From: Oligoflexales bacterium
GTDB taxonomy: Bacteria > Bdellovibrionota_B > Oligoflexia > Oligoflexales > JAPPIL01
Length of the DNA: 64,000 bases
Assembly (NCBI GenBank): GCA_965215515.1
Contig: OZ244057.1
Span: forward strand, 1,120,001-1,184,000
Direction: 5' to 3'
Shown here: piece by piece, positions 30,462 to 41,153 of the stretch
How the letters are laid out: the number at the start of each line of letters is the position of its first letter
How positions within the stretch are numbered: the stretch's first letter is position 1
Translations under genes and position numbers: made by a program
Notes under the pieces: generated by a model
What the model saw: the letters and a program-made list of their open reading frames with translations, nothing else
Databases searched by the model: none
What the model was told of the DNA's origin: nothing

Positions 30462-31880
30462 TTGGTGTCTAAACGTAAACATGAGGGGGCAGTAGTCGTG
30501 GCTAAATTGAGAAGCGTAATGCAGTCGTTAGTCGTGTTGTTGGTAGGCTGGGGGGGAGTTTCCGGTTTCGCGCTGGCGGCTGACCCTGCGGCGGTGTCTC
30601 CTCAAACCCAATATATCCTGAATAACCTGCTGCTGTTCTTTTCCGCCGCCCTGGTGATGTGGATGGCCGCGGGTTTTTGCATGCTGGAGAGCGGGCTGGT
30701 GCGGGCGAAAAGCACCGCTATCGTGTGCCTGAAAAACCTGATGCTCTACGCGGTGGCATGTCTGGCGTATTTTATCGTCGGTTACAACATTATGTACGCG
30801 GAGTTTGGCATTTTCGTGTCGCCAGAGGCGTTCGAATTGGGGCTGATCAGCTCCCCTGAGAATGCCGCCCACCTGTCGGCAACCATTGGCCGCAGCACGT
30901 TTTCGATGACAGAGGTGTTTTTTCAGATGGTGTTCGTCGCCACCACCGCATCGATCGTTTCAGGTTCGTTGGCCGAACGTGTACGGCTGTGGTCTTTTTT
31001 GATCTTCGTTTTCATCCTGTCGGCGATCGTCTATCCGATCATCGGGGAATGGACGTGGGGCGGCGGTTGGTTAAGCGATATGGGCTTCAAAGACTTTGCG
31101 GGCTCGACGATCGTCCACTCGGTCGGTGGTTGGGCGGCGTTAGCTGGTGTTCTGCTCATCGGACCGCGGGTCGGAAAGTTCAAGTCCGACGGCACCGTCA
31201 TGCCCACGCCCGCATCTAACGTGCCGCTGGCAACGCTGGGAACCTTCATTCTCTGGCTCGGCTGGCTCGGCTTTAACGGCGGGTCGCAATTGGCACTCGG
31301 CAGTGCCGCCGATGCCGCCGCCGTCGGGCTGGTACTCTTCAACACCAACATCGCGGCCGCAGGGGGAGTGGTCACCGCAATGTTGCTCGGTGTCGTTATC
31401 CACAACCGCGTGCAGGTGCTGTGGATTTTGAACGGTGCAATCAGCGGCTTGGTTGCCATCACCGCGGGGCCTGACATCACCAACCCCATCTACGCGCTGA
31501 TCATCGGAGCTATCGGGGGATTGGTGGCAACTCTGTCCGTGCCTGTGTTTGAAAAACTTAAAATAGACGATGTCGTCGGGGCAATCCCCGCTCACCTCGT
31601 CGCGGGTATCTGGGGCACACTGGCGGTGGGGATTTTTTCCGATGACGCGACGGTGATCAACCAACTGATCGGGGTCGCCGCGATCGGCGGTTTTGTCTTC
31701 GCCTGCAGTCTCGTCGTCTGGGCGGTGCTGAAATATACGCTGGGCTTGCGCGTCTCCAAAGATAGCGAGTTTCTCGGTCAGGACATCATGGAACTCGGCA
31801 TCGAAGCTTATCCAGAGTTCCTGAGCCTCGAAGGTATCCAGTCGGAAGCGGAAGGGACTGTGGACGACAAGAAGAAGTAG
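30462..31880 (+). CDS. amtB: ammonium transporter (true start possibly 30498)
   Basis: AGFCMLESG, FFQMVF, DFAGSTIVH, GWLGFNGGS, GLVAITAG, DDVVGAIPAH; twin His intact. Confidence 0.95.
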   Translation: MVSKRKHEGAVVVAKLRSVMQSLVVLLVGWGGVSGFALAADPAAVSPQTQYILNNLLLFFSAALVMWMAAGFCMLESGLVRAKSTAIVCLKNLMLYAVACLAYFIVGYNIMYAEFGIFVSPEAFELGLISSPENAAHLSATIGRSTFSMTEVFFQMVFVATTASIVSGSLAERVRLWSFLIFVFILSAIVYPIIGEWTWGGGWLSDMGFKDFAGSTIVHSVGGWAALAGVLLIGPRVGKFKSDGTVMPTPASNVPLATLGTFILWLGWLGFNGGSQLALGSAADAAAVGLVLFNTNIAAAGGVVTAMLLGVVIHNRVQVLWILNGAISGLVAITAGPDITNPIYALIIGAIGGLVATLSVPVFEKLKIDDVVGAIPAHLVAGIWGTLAVGIFSDDATVINQLIGVAAIGGFVFACSLVVWAVLKYTLGLRVSKDSEFLGQDIMELGIEAYPEFLSLEGIQSEAEGTVDDKKK

Positions 31881-31897
31881 CTCCGAGCCACCTCCCG

Positions 31898-33256
31898 CTA
31901 GAGGGATGGTGGGGAAAGCTGCAAGGCGCGAGGATTGACGACAAAACCAAACTCGTCGGCTAATGCTCGCAGGATTACGCCGATGTCGTGCACAGGATGT
32001 GCCGCCGCGAAGTCGTCGTCAACGACGAAGATTTGATGCCAATAGCGGCTGAGCTGTCGCTCGGCATAACCCCAGATAGATTTGTCGATAGCACTGAGGA
32101 TGGCGGCACCTAGCCCGCCGCCACCCAGAGCGTACATACTGGCATTGCGCCGTGCCTCGGCCGTGGTTTGCAGCAGTTCAACCGACAGACGCAGCGCATC
32201 GTCCTCGTTGGCAAGCAACTCAGCCTGCTTGCTGACGAACTCGCTATTCACCTGTTTGACGAGACGATAGTATTCACTGGCATCCTTTCCCATCAAAACG
32301 GTAGACTTGGCATATAGCTCTTCATAGCGCGGGAGACCTTCGCCGTAAGCCTGTGCGGCCTCATGCAACTCTCGCGCCAGAACTTTCATCTCAGCCAGCG
32401 ACTTCCCTTCGGCAGTCACCGCGGCGATAAGCTCTCGGTAGCGTTTCTTATGTGCAAAAAAACTTTCAGTGAACGTGCCCTCCTCACCGAACCCCATGCT
32501 GCCATTATGCTCTATGATTTCCTTCTCCAACTTCCCCAAACGAGCCTCCACCTTGTCCGTCGGCATGGTTCTAATCTCTTCGAGAATGCGCTTGCTATCC
32601 CCCAGCGTTTTCAGTTCAACGGCATTTTCAAACACCTTGGTCAGAGCACCGAAGGCCTCCACTTCTGCCCGTATCGCCTCGCTGCCTGTGCTGTGTGCGA
32701 TTCTAGCAAAAATCTCCGTGGTGCGCATGCGCCACGCGGCACGATAGAACAGCATACCACTGCTACCCATCCCATCATCGATAAGCTTGCGGGTAAATTT
32801 ACCCTCGGCAAAATCTTTGAGCTCCAGACCAGTATCCTCCCTCTTTGCCAGCCGCATAATCTTCCATCTCCCCGCCAGCCTCCCGACCAAAGCCAACGGC
32901 ACGACCGCCAAGGCCGCGATCGCCGCATGCTTGACGTAACCCTCGTACTTGCTGGCAAAATCGCGGCGAAAATCGTTCGGCCAAAAGACAACCTCAGCAC
33001 GGTCACCGTCGCGTAGAGCCACCCGACAATGATCGTCGTCGGCAAGCAACTGCGGCGAGTAGACCGCCACCCGCTTGCACACCAGCAGACGATAGGCACG
33101 CATGTCATCATCCCTGTGAATCGGCACGAGACCCAACGTGAGCGTGGCATCGCTGATCGCATGCACCTCGCCGTGCAGCGGCCGTATCAGCGCTTTGCAA
33201 GCTATGCCGATAACCGCGATGCAACACAAGCCGCCCTGCCACAATAAATTGCGCAT
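31898..33256 (-). CDS. orphan lipoprotein with helical body and hydrophobic segments
   Basis: Lipobox-like GIAC; long ORF; no known motif. Confidence 0.7.
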   Translation of the reverse strand: MRNLLWQGGLCCIAVIGIACKALIRPLHGEVHAISDATLTLGLVPIHRDDDMRAYRLLVCKRVAVYSPQLLADDDHCRVALRDGDRAEVVFWPNDFRRDFASKYEGYVKHAAIAALAVVPLALVGRLAGRWKIMRLAKREDTGLELKDFAEGKFTRKLIDDGMGSSGMLFYRAAWRMRTTEIFARIAHSTGSEAIRAEVEAFGALTKVFENAVELKTLGDSKRILEEIRTMPTDKVEARLGKLEKEIIEHNGSMGFGEEGTFTESFFAHKKRYRELIAAVTAEGKSLAEMKVLARELHEAAQAYGEGLPRYEELYAKSTVLMGKDASEYYRLVKQVNSEFVSKQAELLANEDDALRLSVELLQTTAEARRNASMYALGGGGLGAAILSAIDKSIWGYAERQLSRYWHQIFVVDDDFAAAHPVHDIGVILRALADEFGFVVNPRALQLSPPSL

Positions 33257-33284
33257 TACCAGCCCTCCCCCCACGCCGCCGCTA

Positions 33285-33565
33285 TGCAAAAAATCTGCTC
33301 ATTCCACAATTTTCAATGACATCAGAGACCTACATGCCTTTTAGGCCAATACCTAAAGATGTACTCATACAGAAATATATCAGAAAACGCCTCTCAATAC
33401 GAGCTATCGCCTATCAATTTTCTTGTTCAAAAACATACGTCAGAGGCCTGCTCCTCAACCACAAAATCCCCTTGAGAAAGACGAGTAGCAAGCCCACAAG
33501 GTCAATCCGAGCAGGAAAGGCGAGCGACAAGGCGGTAATGAAGGCATGAGGGCGAGTTGAGGAAG
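33285..33565 (+). pseudogene. HTH/recombinase-family remnant marking the left island boundary
   Basis: QKYIRKRLSIRAIAYQFSCSKTYVRGLL (HTH), frameshifted, ends HEGELR; homologous to the 2102-2229 fragment. Confidence 0.55.
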
Positions 33566-33708
33566 TTGTCTAGCCCCATCTTCAACCTCTAGGAGCATCT
33601 CATAGGCCGCGGGCGGGGGTATTGGCATCTAGCGATCTGTAGTGCCTATTCCTGTCTAGATCAAGCCGCCTTGCGAGGCGATCTCTTAGCCACTGACAGC
33701 CTGAGGTC

Positions 33709-33723
33709 TGTAGATGCCCCCGT
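33709..33723 (+). mobile_element. 15-bp IS3 IRL tip fused to an IS5 copy
   Basis: TGTAGATGCCCCCGT joins IS5 sequence through shared TGCCCCCGT. Confidence 0.7.
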
Positions 33724-34374
33724 TATTTTTGGCTGTTTCTCTTATCTTATCATCATCGTAGCCTTTATCAGCAATGACGTTGCCAGCTTGAGGCAAATTC
33801 TCAAGCAATTCTTCGGCCATCACAGCGTCATGCACCTGCCCTTCGGTAATGACAAAATCAACAGGTCGAGCCATATTGTCTGCTACCATACTAATCTTCG
33901 TCGTGTGGCCACCAACTGACTTGCCAATAGCGGCCTCTTCACCTTTGCGAGCACCACTGCTGTGTTGATGTGCCTTGACGATCGTAGCGTCTATGGACAC
34001 GCTGCCCAGATCACAATGTACCAGATAGCTGTCAAAGACAGATTGCAGCTTACCGCTCTTTCCTCAGTCCGTAAAGCGTTTGTGCAGTGCTCGCCAGTCG
34101 CCGTATTTTTCAGGCACACATCGCCACGGACACCCTGACTTTAGCTTAAATAAAATACCACGCACAGTCAGATGCAGCCTCTTCTTGCGATACACGCCCG
34201 CCTCCAACAGTTTGTTTTTAAGTATTGACCATTGTTCATCTGTGAGTATAATGCCTCTCATGGGTGAACCTCTGGAAATTATTGTTGTATCTTTCCATAT
34301 GATGCAGGTTTGCCCTACTAATTACAAGTGATTAGCACACACAAAAAATCATTAAACAAAACGGCGACACGCCC
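33716..34374 (-). mobile_element. IS5-family element, copy A (3'-truncated, broken transposase)
   Basis: TIR GGGCGTGTCGCCGTTT; LTDEQW, GCPWR, IDATIVKAHQH, ADKGYD. Confidence 0.9.
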
Positions 34375-35405
34375 TAGATAAATCACTTTCAACAATTTTA
34401 TGATGCAGCACCTTTCTTTCTGCAAAAATTTCATCTTCTCTCTCCGCGAGAATTTTTTTATTGCGCCGCACTAAATAAGGGCTGTCTGGTCTCCATTGCT
34501 GCAAATGTTCACTTAAATAAAATTTTGGATCAAGCAATTGCACAAGACTGTTGAACTGCTCTTGATCGCCAGTAAAGGGAGTTGCTGATAGCATTAATAA
34601 CGCTGGACTGTTGTAAACAATTTGTTCTGCTAGCTCACGCAGCCTCTTTGTGGCTTTGTTTTTATCTCGCACAAAATGATGACATTCATCAATAACGATA
34701 CAATCCCAACTTATATTTTGCAACGGCTTTAAATTTTCCCACCGCTTAACGAAATCACGCGACACAATTACCCGTTCCACCACCTGCCACGGATTTTTTA
34801 CGCCTCTGCTGCTTAAACGTTCCCGTGTGCCACGACCATATACTTCAAATGCTAAACCAAATCGCTCGTAAAGTTCTGTTTGCCACTTTTCGCAAAGATG
34901 TTGCGGGATAATAATTAACACCCGTTCAGCCCGCCTACGCCGTGTTAGCTCAGCCAGAATTATCGCGGCCTCGGTAGGCTTGCCTAGTCCAACGTCATCA
35001 CAAGCAATAGACGCGGGAACGGCAACGCATCAACCACCCTACGCCATGGCTCAAATTGCCACGGCTTAACCTCAATAGCACAACGCCTCGCCGTCTGTGG
35101 CTCTTTAGAATCCCTTCTGTCGGCTAACACCCTCTCCTTGCGCATTGCTAAAAACGGCTGATAAAGTTCCCGCCGCTGCACTTTTGCTTTATGCACAGCT
35201 GGAATTGCTCCCTCATGCGGTGGCAACACACGCAAGGTACTTGACTCAAGTTGCGGAATTGCCCACACACCTGCACTACTTCTTCGGCATAATTTGCCCC
35301 TTGCCGCAAAAGCTCAAGCTGCCAAAAATCCCTCTCTGCCTTCACAAAACGCCACACTCCACCACGACACTCAACTAATTGCCCTGGTGCTGGTTTGCTA
35401 ACCAT
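34375..35405 (-). pseudogene. SNF2-family helicase (DrmD-like) N-terminal remnant
   Basis: PGQLVECRG, PWQFEP, frameshifted Walker A (LGKPTEA), IPQHLCEKWQ, IDECHH, LSATP; cut by IS5. Confidence 0.8.
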
Positions 35406-35471
35406 AACTGAACTCCTCTACGTGATTGTTAGAAGCCGATAGGGTGTCCGCTTTTTACGGGGGCATCTACA
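35398..35471 (-). mobile_element. solo IS3 left end including orfA RBS and ATG
   Basis: 74 bp nearly identical to the element end at 46658-46732. Confidence 0.9.
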
Positions 35472-35633
35472 AACTCCCTGTATTTGTGTACATAAGCACC
35501 ATCGACCGTTTAGTGTGCTCGCTTTAGCTCCATCTCCCCACGTGCCAAAACTTCGGGTTAAACTGGGGGGTAATTTGTAACAATCTGTTTTTTTATCACA
35601 ATCTGCTATCTGGAGGACAAGAGAGGCTGTTGT

Positions 35634-36191
35634 CTACCCGCTAGGGGTGCGTTTTTGTCTCAAAATTTTCTTGTTGGCGGTCAAGACCGGTAATGTCTGT
35701 CCTGCAAAATCTCCATCGTGCGTGACCAGTGTCAACCCTTGACTAAGACACAACTTAGCAAATATTTGGTCATTGAAATCAAACTTACCTGTGGCGTAGC
35801 TTGCAAATAAACTACGATGTTGCAGTTGCGAAAAGCCGCTTTCCAATACCTGACACATGCTCGTGATTTTCTTGGCAGCAATGGCAATTTGTTTAGCCAC
35901 TGGCTTGAAGTACTCGCTCTGACGATAAGTTTTAAAACTATTGCTGGGTGCGGTGTTTTTCCACTTTGTTCTCGCATAGGTATTGACAAACTCAGAGATG
36001 ACCAGAACATCGGTAAACAGCTGGCTTTTGGCTGTCAGCATGCTGTTAAACGCTGCTGAATACACTTCCTGCATTCTGTCGCCCTTGGTCTCTCTTGGAG
36101 AATAAATATAGAGCCATATATTGGCATCTAGGAACAGCTGTTCGGAGTCAGTGAACTTGTAGTTGTTTATGTTATGTGGTGGCAAACTCAA
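35634..36191 (-). CDS. PIN-domain ribonuclease
   Basis: LFLDANIW, ISEFVN, DFND, LVTHDGDF: acidic PIN residues intact. Confidence 0.88.
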   Translation of the reverse strand: MSLPPHNINNYKFTDSEQLFLDANIWLYIYSPRETKGDRMQEVYSAAFNSMLTAKSQLFTDVLVISEFVNTYARTKWKNTAPSNSFKTYRQSEYFKPVAKQIAIAAKKITSMCQVLESGFSQLQHRSLFASYATGKFDFNDQIFAKLCLSQGLTLVTHDGDFAGQTLPVLTANKKILRQKRTPSG

Positions 36192-36538
36192 CCCTCTTCA
36201 GCCGCCTTGACCGCTTGTCTGTGTTTCTCTGGGTCTTTGAAATACTGCTTGGCATTCTCAACAACAGCATCTATCAGTTCCTTGTCGTCGGGTTCAATGT
36301 CAGTATAGCTTAGGCGTGCCTCGATATCTTCTGCGGTAAACTCGCCATACAGACAACCTATCGCACGGTTCAGGAAGGCAGAAGTCAATATGGTCACATT
36401 GAGGAGCGAGAGATTGACATAGTAGCCCGCGTTAAAAGCCTCGACAATACGCTCGTAGAGCCTATCTCCGTCGCGAGTAGCTACGCACATAGGGCTGCCT
36501 ACCACCGAGATCACTGAAACCTTGACTTCGTTTGCCAT
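36188..36538 (-). CDS. STAS-like domain protein (DUF4325-type)
   Basis: DGDRLYERI, VNLSLLNVTILTSAFLNRAIGCLY; GAGG RBS. Confidence 0.8.
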   Translation of the reverse strand: MANEVKVSVISVVGSPMCVATRDGDRLYERIVEAFNAGYYVNLSLLNVTILTSAFLNRAIGCLYGEFTAEDIEARLSYTDIEPDDKELIDAVVENAKQYFKDPEKHRQAVKAAEEG

Positions 36539-36592
36539 GACCTACCTCACCAAAAAATCAACTAGTACCCGACCAAAACATGACAATACCCA

Positions 36593-37438
36593 CTATCCAA
36601 CGACGTTAACCTCTAGGCTCACCACTGTGCCAGGCAAGGTAAATGCCAAAGACGCATCATTTACTCGCCCCCCGCGCTTTTCCCAATAACCATTACCCGA
36701 TACGGTTCTAACACACCCTGCGTTGGAATCAAAGAAGCGATTGAGGTGCTGCAGCCCCATTCCTCCAGGTGCCCCTTGCCTAGTGGTATTTCCCTCCACC
36801 GCCCACCTGATTGCGTCAACTGCCGTTATGTCTTCTCGCCGAAAGTTCTTCACGCTCTGGTGTATGCCGATGCCCATGTCTGCTACGGTGAAGACGAGGC
36901 TCTTCTTTTTGAGGAAGAACTGCCCGCAGCTGAAAACATCCAGCTGTGTGTGGGCGTGCTGGGAGACGTTGTTGAAAATTTCCGAGACGTTCTTGGTGAA
37001 GTCCTTCTGCGCCTTGCCCTCCATGCTAACGACTTTGGGGTGGCGCAGCAACTCATTGAATACATAACTCGAAAAAGCGACTTCGTTCTCAGTAGCAAAT
37101 CTGCGATATGCGATAGTGGTGTCCCAGTTGTCCGCAACTTTCTCTCCTCCGTGATAGGAAAGGAAGCCGTTTCTCATCAGAATATATTCGAGTTTGTCAT
37201 CCGCAGTCACAAACTTAAATTGGTTTAGCCTTTGTTCTAGTAGGCAGACAATCCCGCCTAGCGGTGCGCACATATCGGCATCAATCCATTTAGTTCTCCG
37301 CATATCAATAACGATGTTGCTGGGTGAGCAGGCATGAACCCGTGCATACAAGCAAGCTAACGCCTCAAATCCATCTTGATTATGACCTATACTAGGCAAA
37401 GTAAGTGTAAACGTTTGCACCCTTGTGTCCTCAGCCAT
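36593..37438 (-). CDS. STAS-like + HATPase (anti-sigma kinase-like) protein
   Basis: N-terminal IVIDMRRTKWIDA; N-box SEIFNNVSQHA, G1 ADMGIGI, G2 GGMGL; start 37438 or 37420. Confidence 0.82.
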   Translation of the reverse strand: MAEDTRVQTFTLTLPSIGHNQDGFEALACLYARVHACSPSNIVIDMRRTKWIDADMCAPLGGIVCLLEQRLNQFKFVTADDKLEYILMRNGFLSYHGGEKVADNWDTTIAYRRFATENEVAFSSYVFNELLRHPKVVSMEGKAQKDFTKNVSEIFNNVSQHAHTQLDVFSCGQFFLKKKSLVFTVADMGIGIHQSVKNFRREDITAVDAIRWAVEGNTTRQGAPGGMGLQHLNRFFDSNAGCVRTVSGNGYWEKRGGRVNDASLAFTLPGTVVSLEVNVVG

Positions 37439-37559
37439 CTGTGTCGACGGATTCAAACAACTGGCACTCCATTTGTCAACCCCTACAATTAGCACTTTAA
37501 CACCGCCATCTATTCGCCGATGCGCCCTCTGAAGGAGGGGTATAGGTGCGGGCGACAGC

Positions 37560-40369
37560 GCAAACAATGCACTGCAAGGCTTTGAGATCCATAGCAGTTT
37601 TGTTGACCCTGAAACACTGCTTGGTATTGCTCACAGCGATAATTTTCACAGCATTCAAGCTACATACTGCAATGAACACATGCGAGCCTGGCGCGATTTT
37701 TACCGTGAGCTAGACCAAAAAAGCAAAAGATACTTTAACAAAAACAAACTAAAAGAACTCTATGACCAATGGTTTATCAAAACAATTGCTTATTTTGGCT
37801 ACCAAGATTTTAAACTACAATCAGAGGGCTTTATTTTTCCTGTCATCGACGGTTTATTCAAGCAAAATTTTCACCAGCACGGCAATCGTATCGGGGCATT
37901 GCTGCTGTACCCCATGAACGCATTGGTTGAAGATCAGTTCTTTCGTATTCTCAAGTATGCTAAGGGCACGGGTATCAGAGCAGGAATTTACAACGGCACA
38001 TTTAAAAATCCCTCCCGCTCTTTTCGTGAGAGGATAAACAAAAAAATACAAGGTGAAATTGATCCTGACATAAACCCTGACAGTGTATATGTTGATCCTA
38101 CTAAGCCTGAAACTGTGCCGCACATTTTATTAACTAACTACAAGATGCTTGAATATATGCTGCTACGTTCTTCCGATCAATCTCTGTTTAAAGACATTGA
38201 CCTACAGTATCTTGTGCTCGACGAAGCACATATCTATACAGGCACACTTGGCTTAGAGATAGCTTGTCTGCTAGCCCGCTTGCGAGTGCATCTCGATACA
38301 GGAGGTGAGAATTTTCTGCCTATTGCTACTTCGGCAACCTTAGTGCAAAAGCCATCACAAAGCGATGAAGCTAGCAATGGCAAGCAAGATAACAAAATGC
38401 GAGACTTCTTTACGCAACTGTTTGGTAAAGAATTCCCTGACAATAACAATTGGTTGCTTGAAGATGAGTATCAAGAGCTAGAAGATTATCAACAAGAGGC
38501 TTTTGCTAGATTTTTACAGGTGCGGTCGGCTGATATAGGTGCAGAGTTGAAGAAAAGTTTTCCTGATTCATTGCTCAGCTTAGCGAAGCTGTTCTTTGCT
38601 ATCAACTTAGAAGATACTGTGCCTAAAGGCAGCCAAGAAGCATACGAGCAGTGGGGTAAACTTATCTTTCCTCACGTTGAGCAGATGGCACGAGCATTGC
38701 CGAAAATTTTGCTAGATGATAATAGAGCTACTGTTATCAAGTGGCAAGATGCTATTGAGAAGTTTCACCGCGTATTACAAGGCTCGGCATCGCACCTAGA
38801 AGCTTTGCTGATACTGGCTAGCCATGCGTTTGTGGGAAATTTTAAATTTCCAACCTTAGGGCTGCGGGTGCATGTTTTCACTAAACCTGAACCATGTGTT
38901 TACTGGAGTCTTGATAAGCAAAGGCTAGCACGTCAGCCACAGGGTGATATGCTTGATTCCGTTTCCTGTCGCAACTGTGGGCATCAAGCCTGGGCAGCAC
39001 TCTATGAACCGCTTAACGAAGATGGCGGCACTTCTGGCAGGCTGTTACCCTTGCCAGATTTCTACGAAGAACATGACTATGCTAGTGGGCAAGAATTTGT
39101 CGTTTTTCATAACGTTGATGATATCGACGAAACTAGGGCGTGTCGCCGTTTTGATTCTATTATTTTAACAACTCCCTAGTGTTGCATGGCATAGCGTGGA
39201 TGACCAGACAACAATGCATCCAAGTAAAAGCATGCCTTCGTAGTTTCTTTTCAGCTTTTCATATCGTGTGGCAATAGACCTGAAGTGTTTTAGCCTTGCA
39301 AATAAATTCTCAACCTTAGGCCTGAGTTTATATGCTTCTTTACAGAAAGACTCGTTCTTTTTACTAGAATTACTCCTTCTTGGTATGACAGGATTGCCCA
39401 GATCACAATGTAGCAAATAGCTATCAAAGACAGATTGCAGCTTACCGCTCTTTACCCAGGCCGTAAAGCGTTTGTGCAGTGCTCGCCAGTCGCCGTATTT
39501 TTCAGGCACACATCGCCACGGACACCCTGACTTTAGCTTAAAAAAATACCATGCACAGTCAGATGCAGCCTCTTCTTGCGATACACGCCCGCCTCCAACA
39601 GTTTGTTTTTAAGTATTGACCATTGTTCATCTGTGAATATAATGCCTCTCATAGGTAAATCTCTGGAAATTATTGTTATGTCTTTCCATATGATGCAGGT
39701 TTGCCCTATTAATTACAAGTGATTAGCACACACAAAAAATTATTAAACGAAACGGCGACACACCCTAGCAAAAACAACATTAAGCCTGTATTTAAGGAAA
39801 TGGTAGAAAGCAACATGTTCAGTGTAAAGTTAAGTGTCAACGAGCAAGAAGTCTCTAACTACGAACCGTTTATTCCCACAGTATTTGGCAAGGGACAAGC
39901 AATTACCTTGACTATGCCACTTGGTGTGGTGCTACCTTATCTTACCAAGAGAGATGTCAGTGACGAAGATTTCTACACCACTTTTGGAGAATTTTTTATC
40001 AGAGCTACCCATCGTGTTTTACGTCTATGCAAGCGCGGTAATAGTTTGAAAATAGTGCTTGATAAGATCCATGCCCGTGCTGCAGCTGGCAGTGATAAGC
40101 AATATGATAAGGTAGATGTTATGCTGCTTGACACCGAAGAAGGTGGTAGCGGGATAATAGAGTTGATATGGGGTTATTGGGATGACATTTTGATAGAGGC
40201 AAAACGGCTTGTTGAGAAGGATTGCTGCAAGAACGCTTGTTATCACTGTGTGTGGAGCTATGACAATCAGAAGTTACATAATTTGATCAACAAAAGTATC
40301 TTTGCCTGCCAAAAAGCTCGTGCCACAGTTAGATTATGCTTTGCTCAAGGAGATTGTAAGTTCTTTTGA
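37560..40369 (+). pseudogene. DEAD/DEAH helicase with DUF1998-like C-terminus, internally deleted and split by IS5
   Basis: LYPMNALVEDQ, LTNYKMLEYMLLR, LDEAH, TSATL; C-terminal DTEEGGSG..CKNACYHC..SYDNQ. Walker A is lost. Removing the IS5 and one TA restores the frame (DETSKNN). Confidence 0.85.
39136..39765 (-). mobile_element. IS5-family element, copy B (both TIRs, internal deletion of about 290 bp)
   Basis: TIRs at both ends, TA duplication within a CTAG target. Confidence 0.92.
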
Positions 40370-40420
40370 AAAAGTTGCGTCACGGGTTGAGTTGCAAATC
40401 ACAAAAAGCGAGCATAGACA

Positions 40421-40690
40421 GGTGAAGAGAAATACAGCTGCTTCAAGATTGCGTTCAAGTCCTGTGTCCGTGAACTCCCTCCCCGACAAAGAGACATCAT
40501 TTCTGCTCGCTATGAGAATAACAAAACGATTACAGAGATCGCCGCTGATATGAGGATTAGCAGGCAAGCAGTGTTCAAAAGCATGAAAATTGCTCTGTCA
40601 AAATTGAAGGAAAGTTTGACCAGCGGCACGATACAAAGACGGGTTATCGCGGTGAAAGAACTGCTGCCTCTGACATTGACAAAAGGTTGA
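40421..40690 (+). pseudogene. sigma-70 region 4 / HTH remnant
   Basis: Unlisted frame reads RELPPRQRDIISARYENNKTITEIAADMRISRQAVFKSMKIALSKLK; stop just upstream. Confidence 0.7.
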
Positions 40691-40858
40691 TAAGAGGTTG
40701 ACACTTTCAGCAGATAGTTAGGTTTCTCCAATTAGTGGCAAACACCGCAGTTATCAAAGGAGTTGCAGCATACACATAGATTTATGGCGACAAGAAATAA
40801 CAGATAATGAGGTTGACATATCCCCTTCTTAATTGAAGTCGATTCAAAAGTTGGAACA

Positions 40859-41130
40859 TTGAACTTGGCTATTGAATTCGATGCCACGCACAAAAGCCAT
40901 CGCAGCCATAGGTGCAAGCTCAATGCCTATTATGTCCAAGATAAAATTGACAGAGTGCTTTATGTGTGTGCGAGCAAATACATTTTGCACACCCTACTTA
41001 AGCTAGATGCGGAGGCAGCCGAACGACATGCGTGCCAGTCTAAATTTTACTTCGCCTTGTTTAACGATGTCACTGAAGCAAAAAACGAAATGACATTTAA
41101 AAATACGCACGGGGACATCTACACATGCAA
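40859..41130 (+). pseudogene. possible replication-relaxation (PD-D/ExK-like) C-terminal remnant
   Basis: LAIEFDATHKS...KLNAYY...VLYVC pattern; context of an integrative element. Confidence 0.35.
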
Positions 41131-41153
41131 AGCAGAAAAACGTTGCTATTGGG

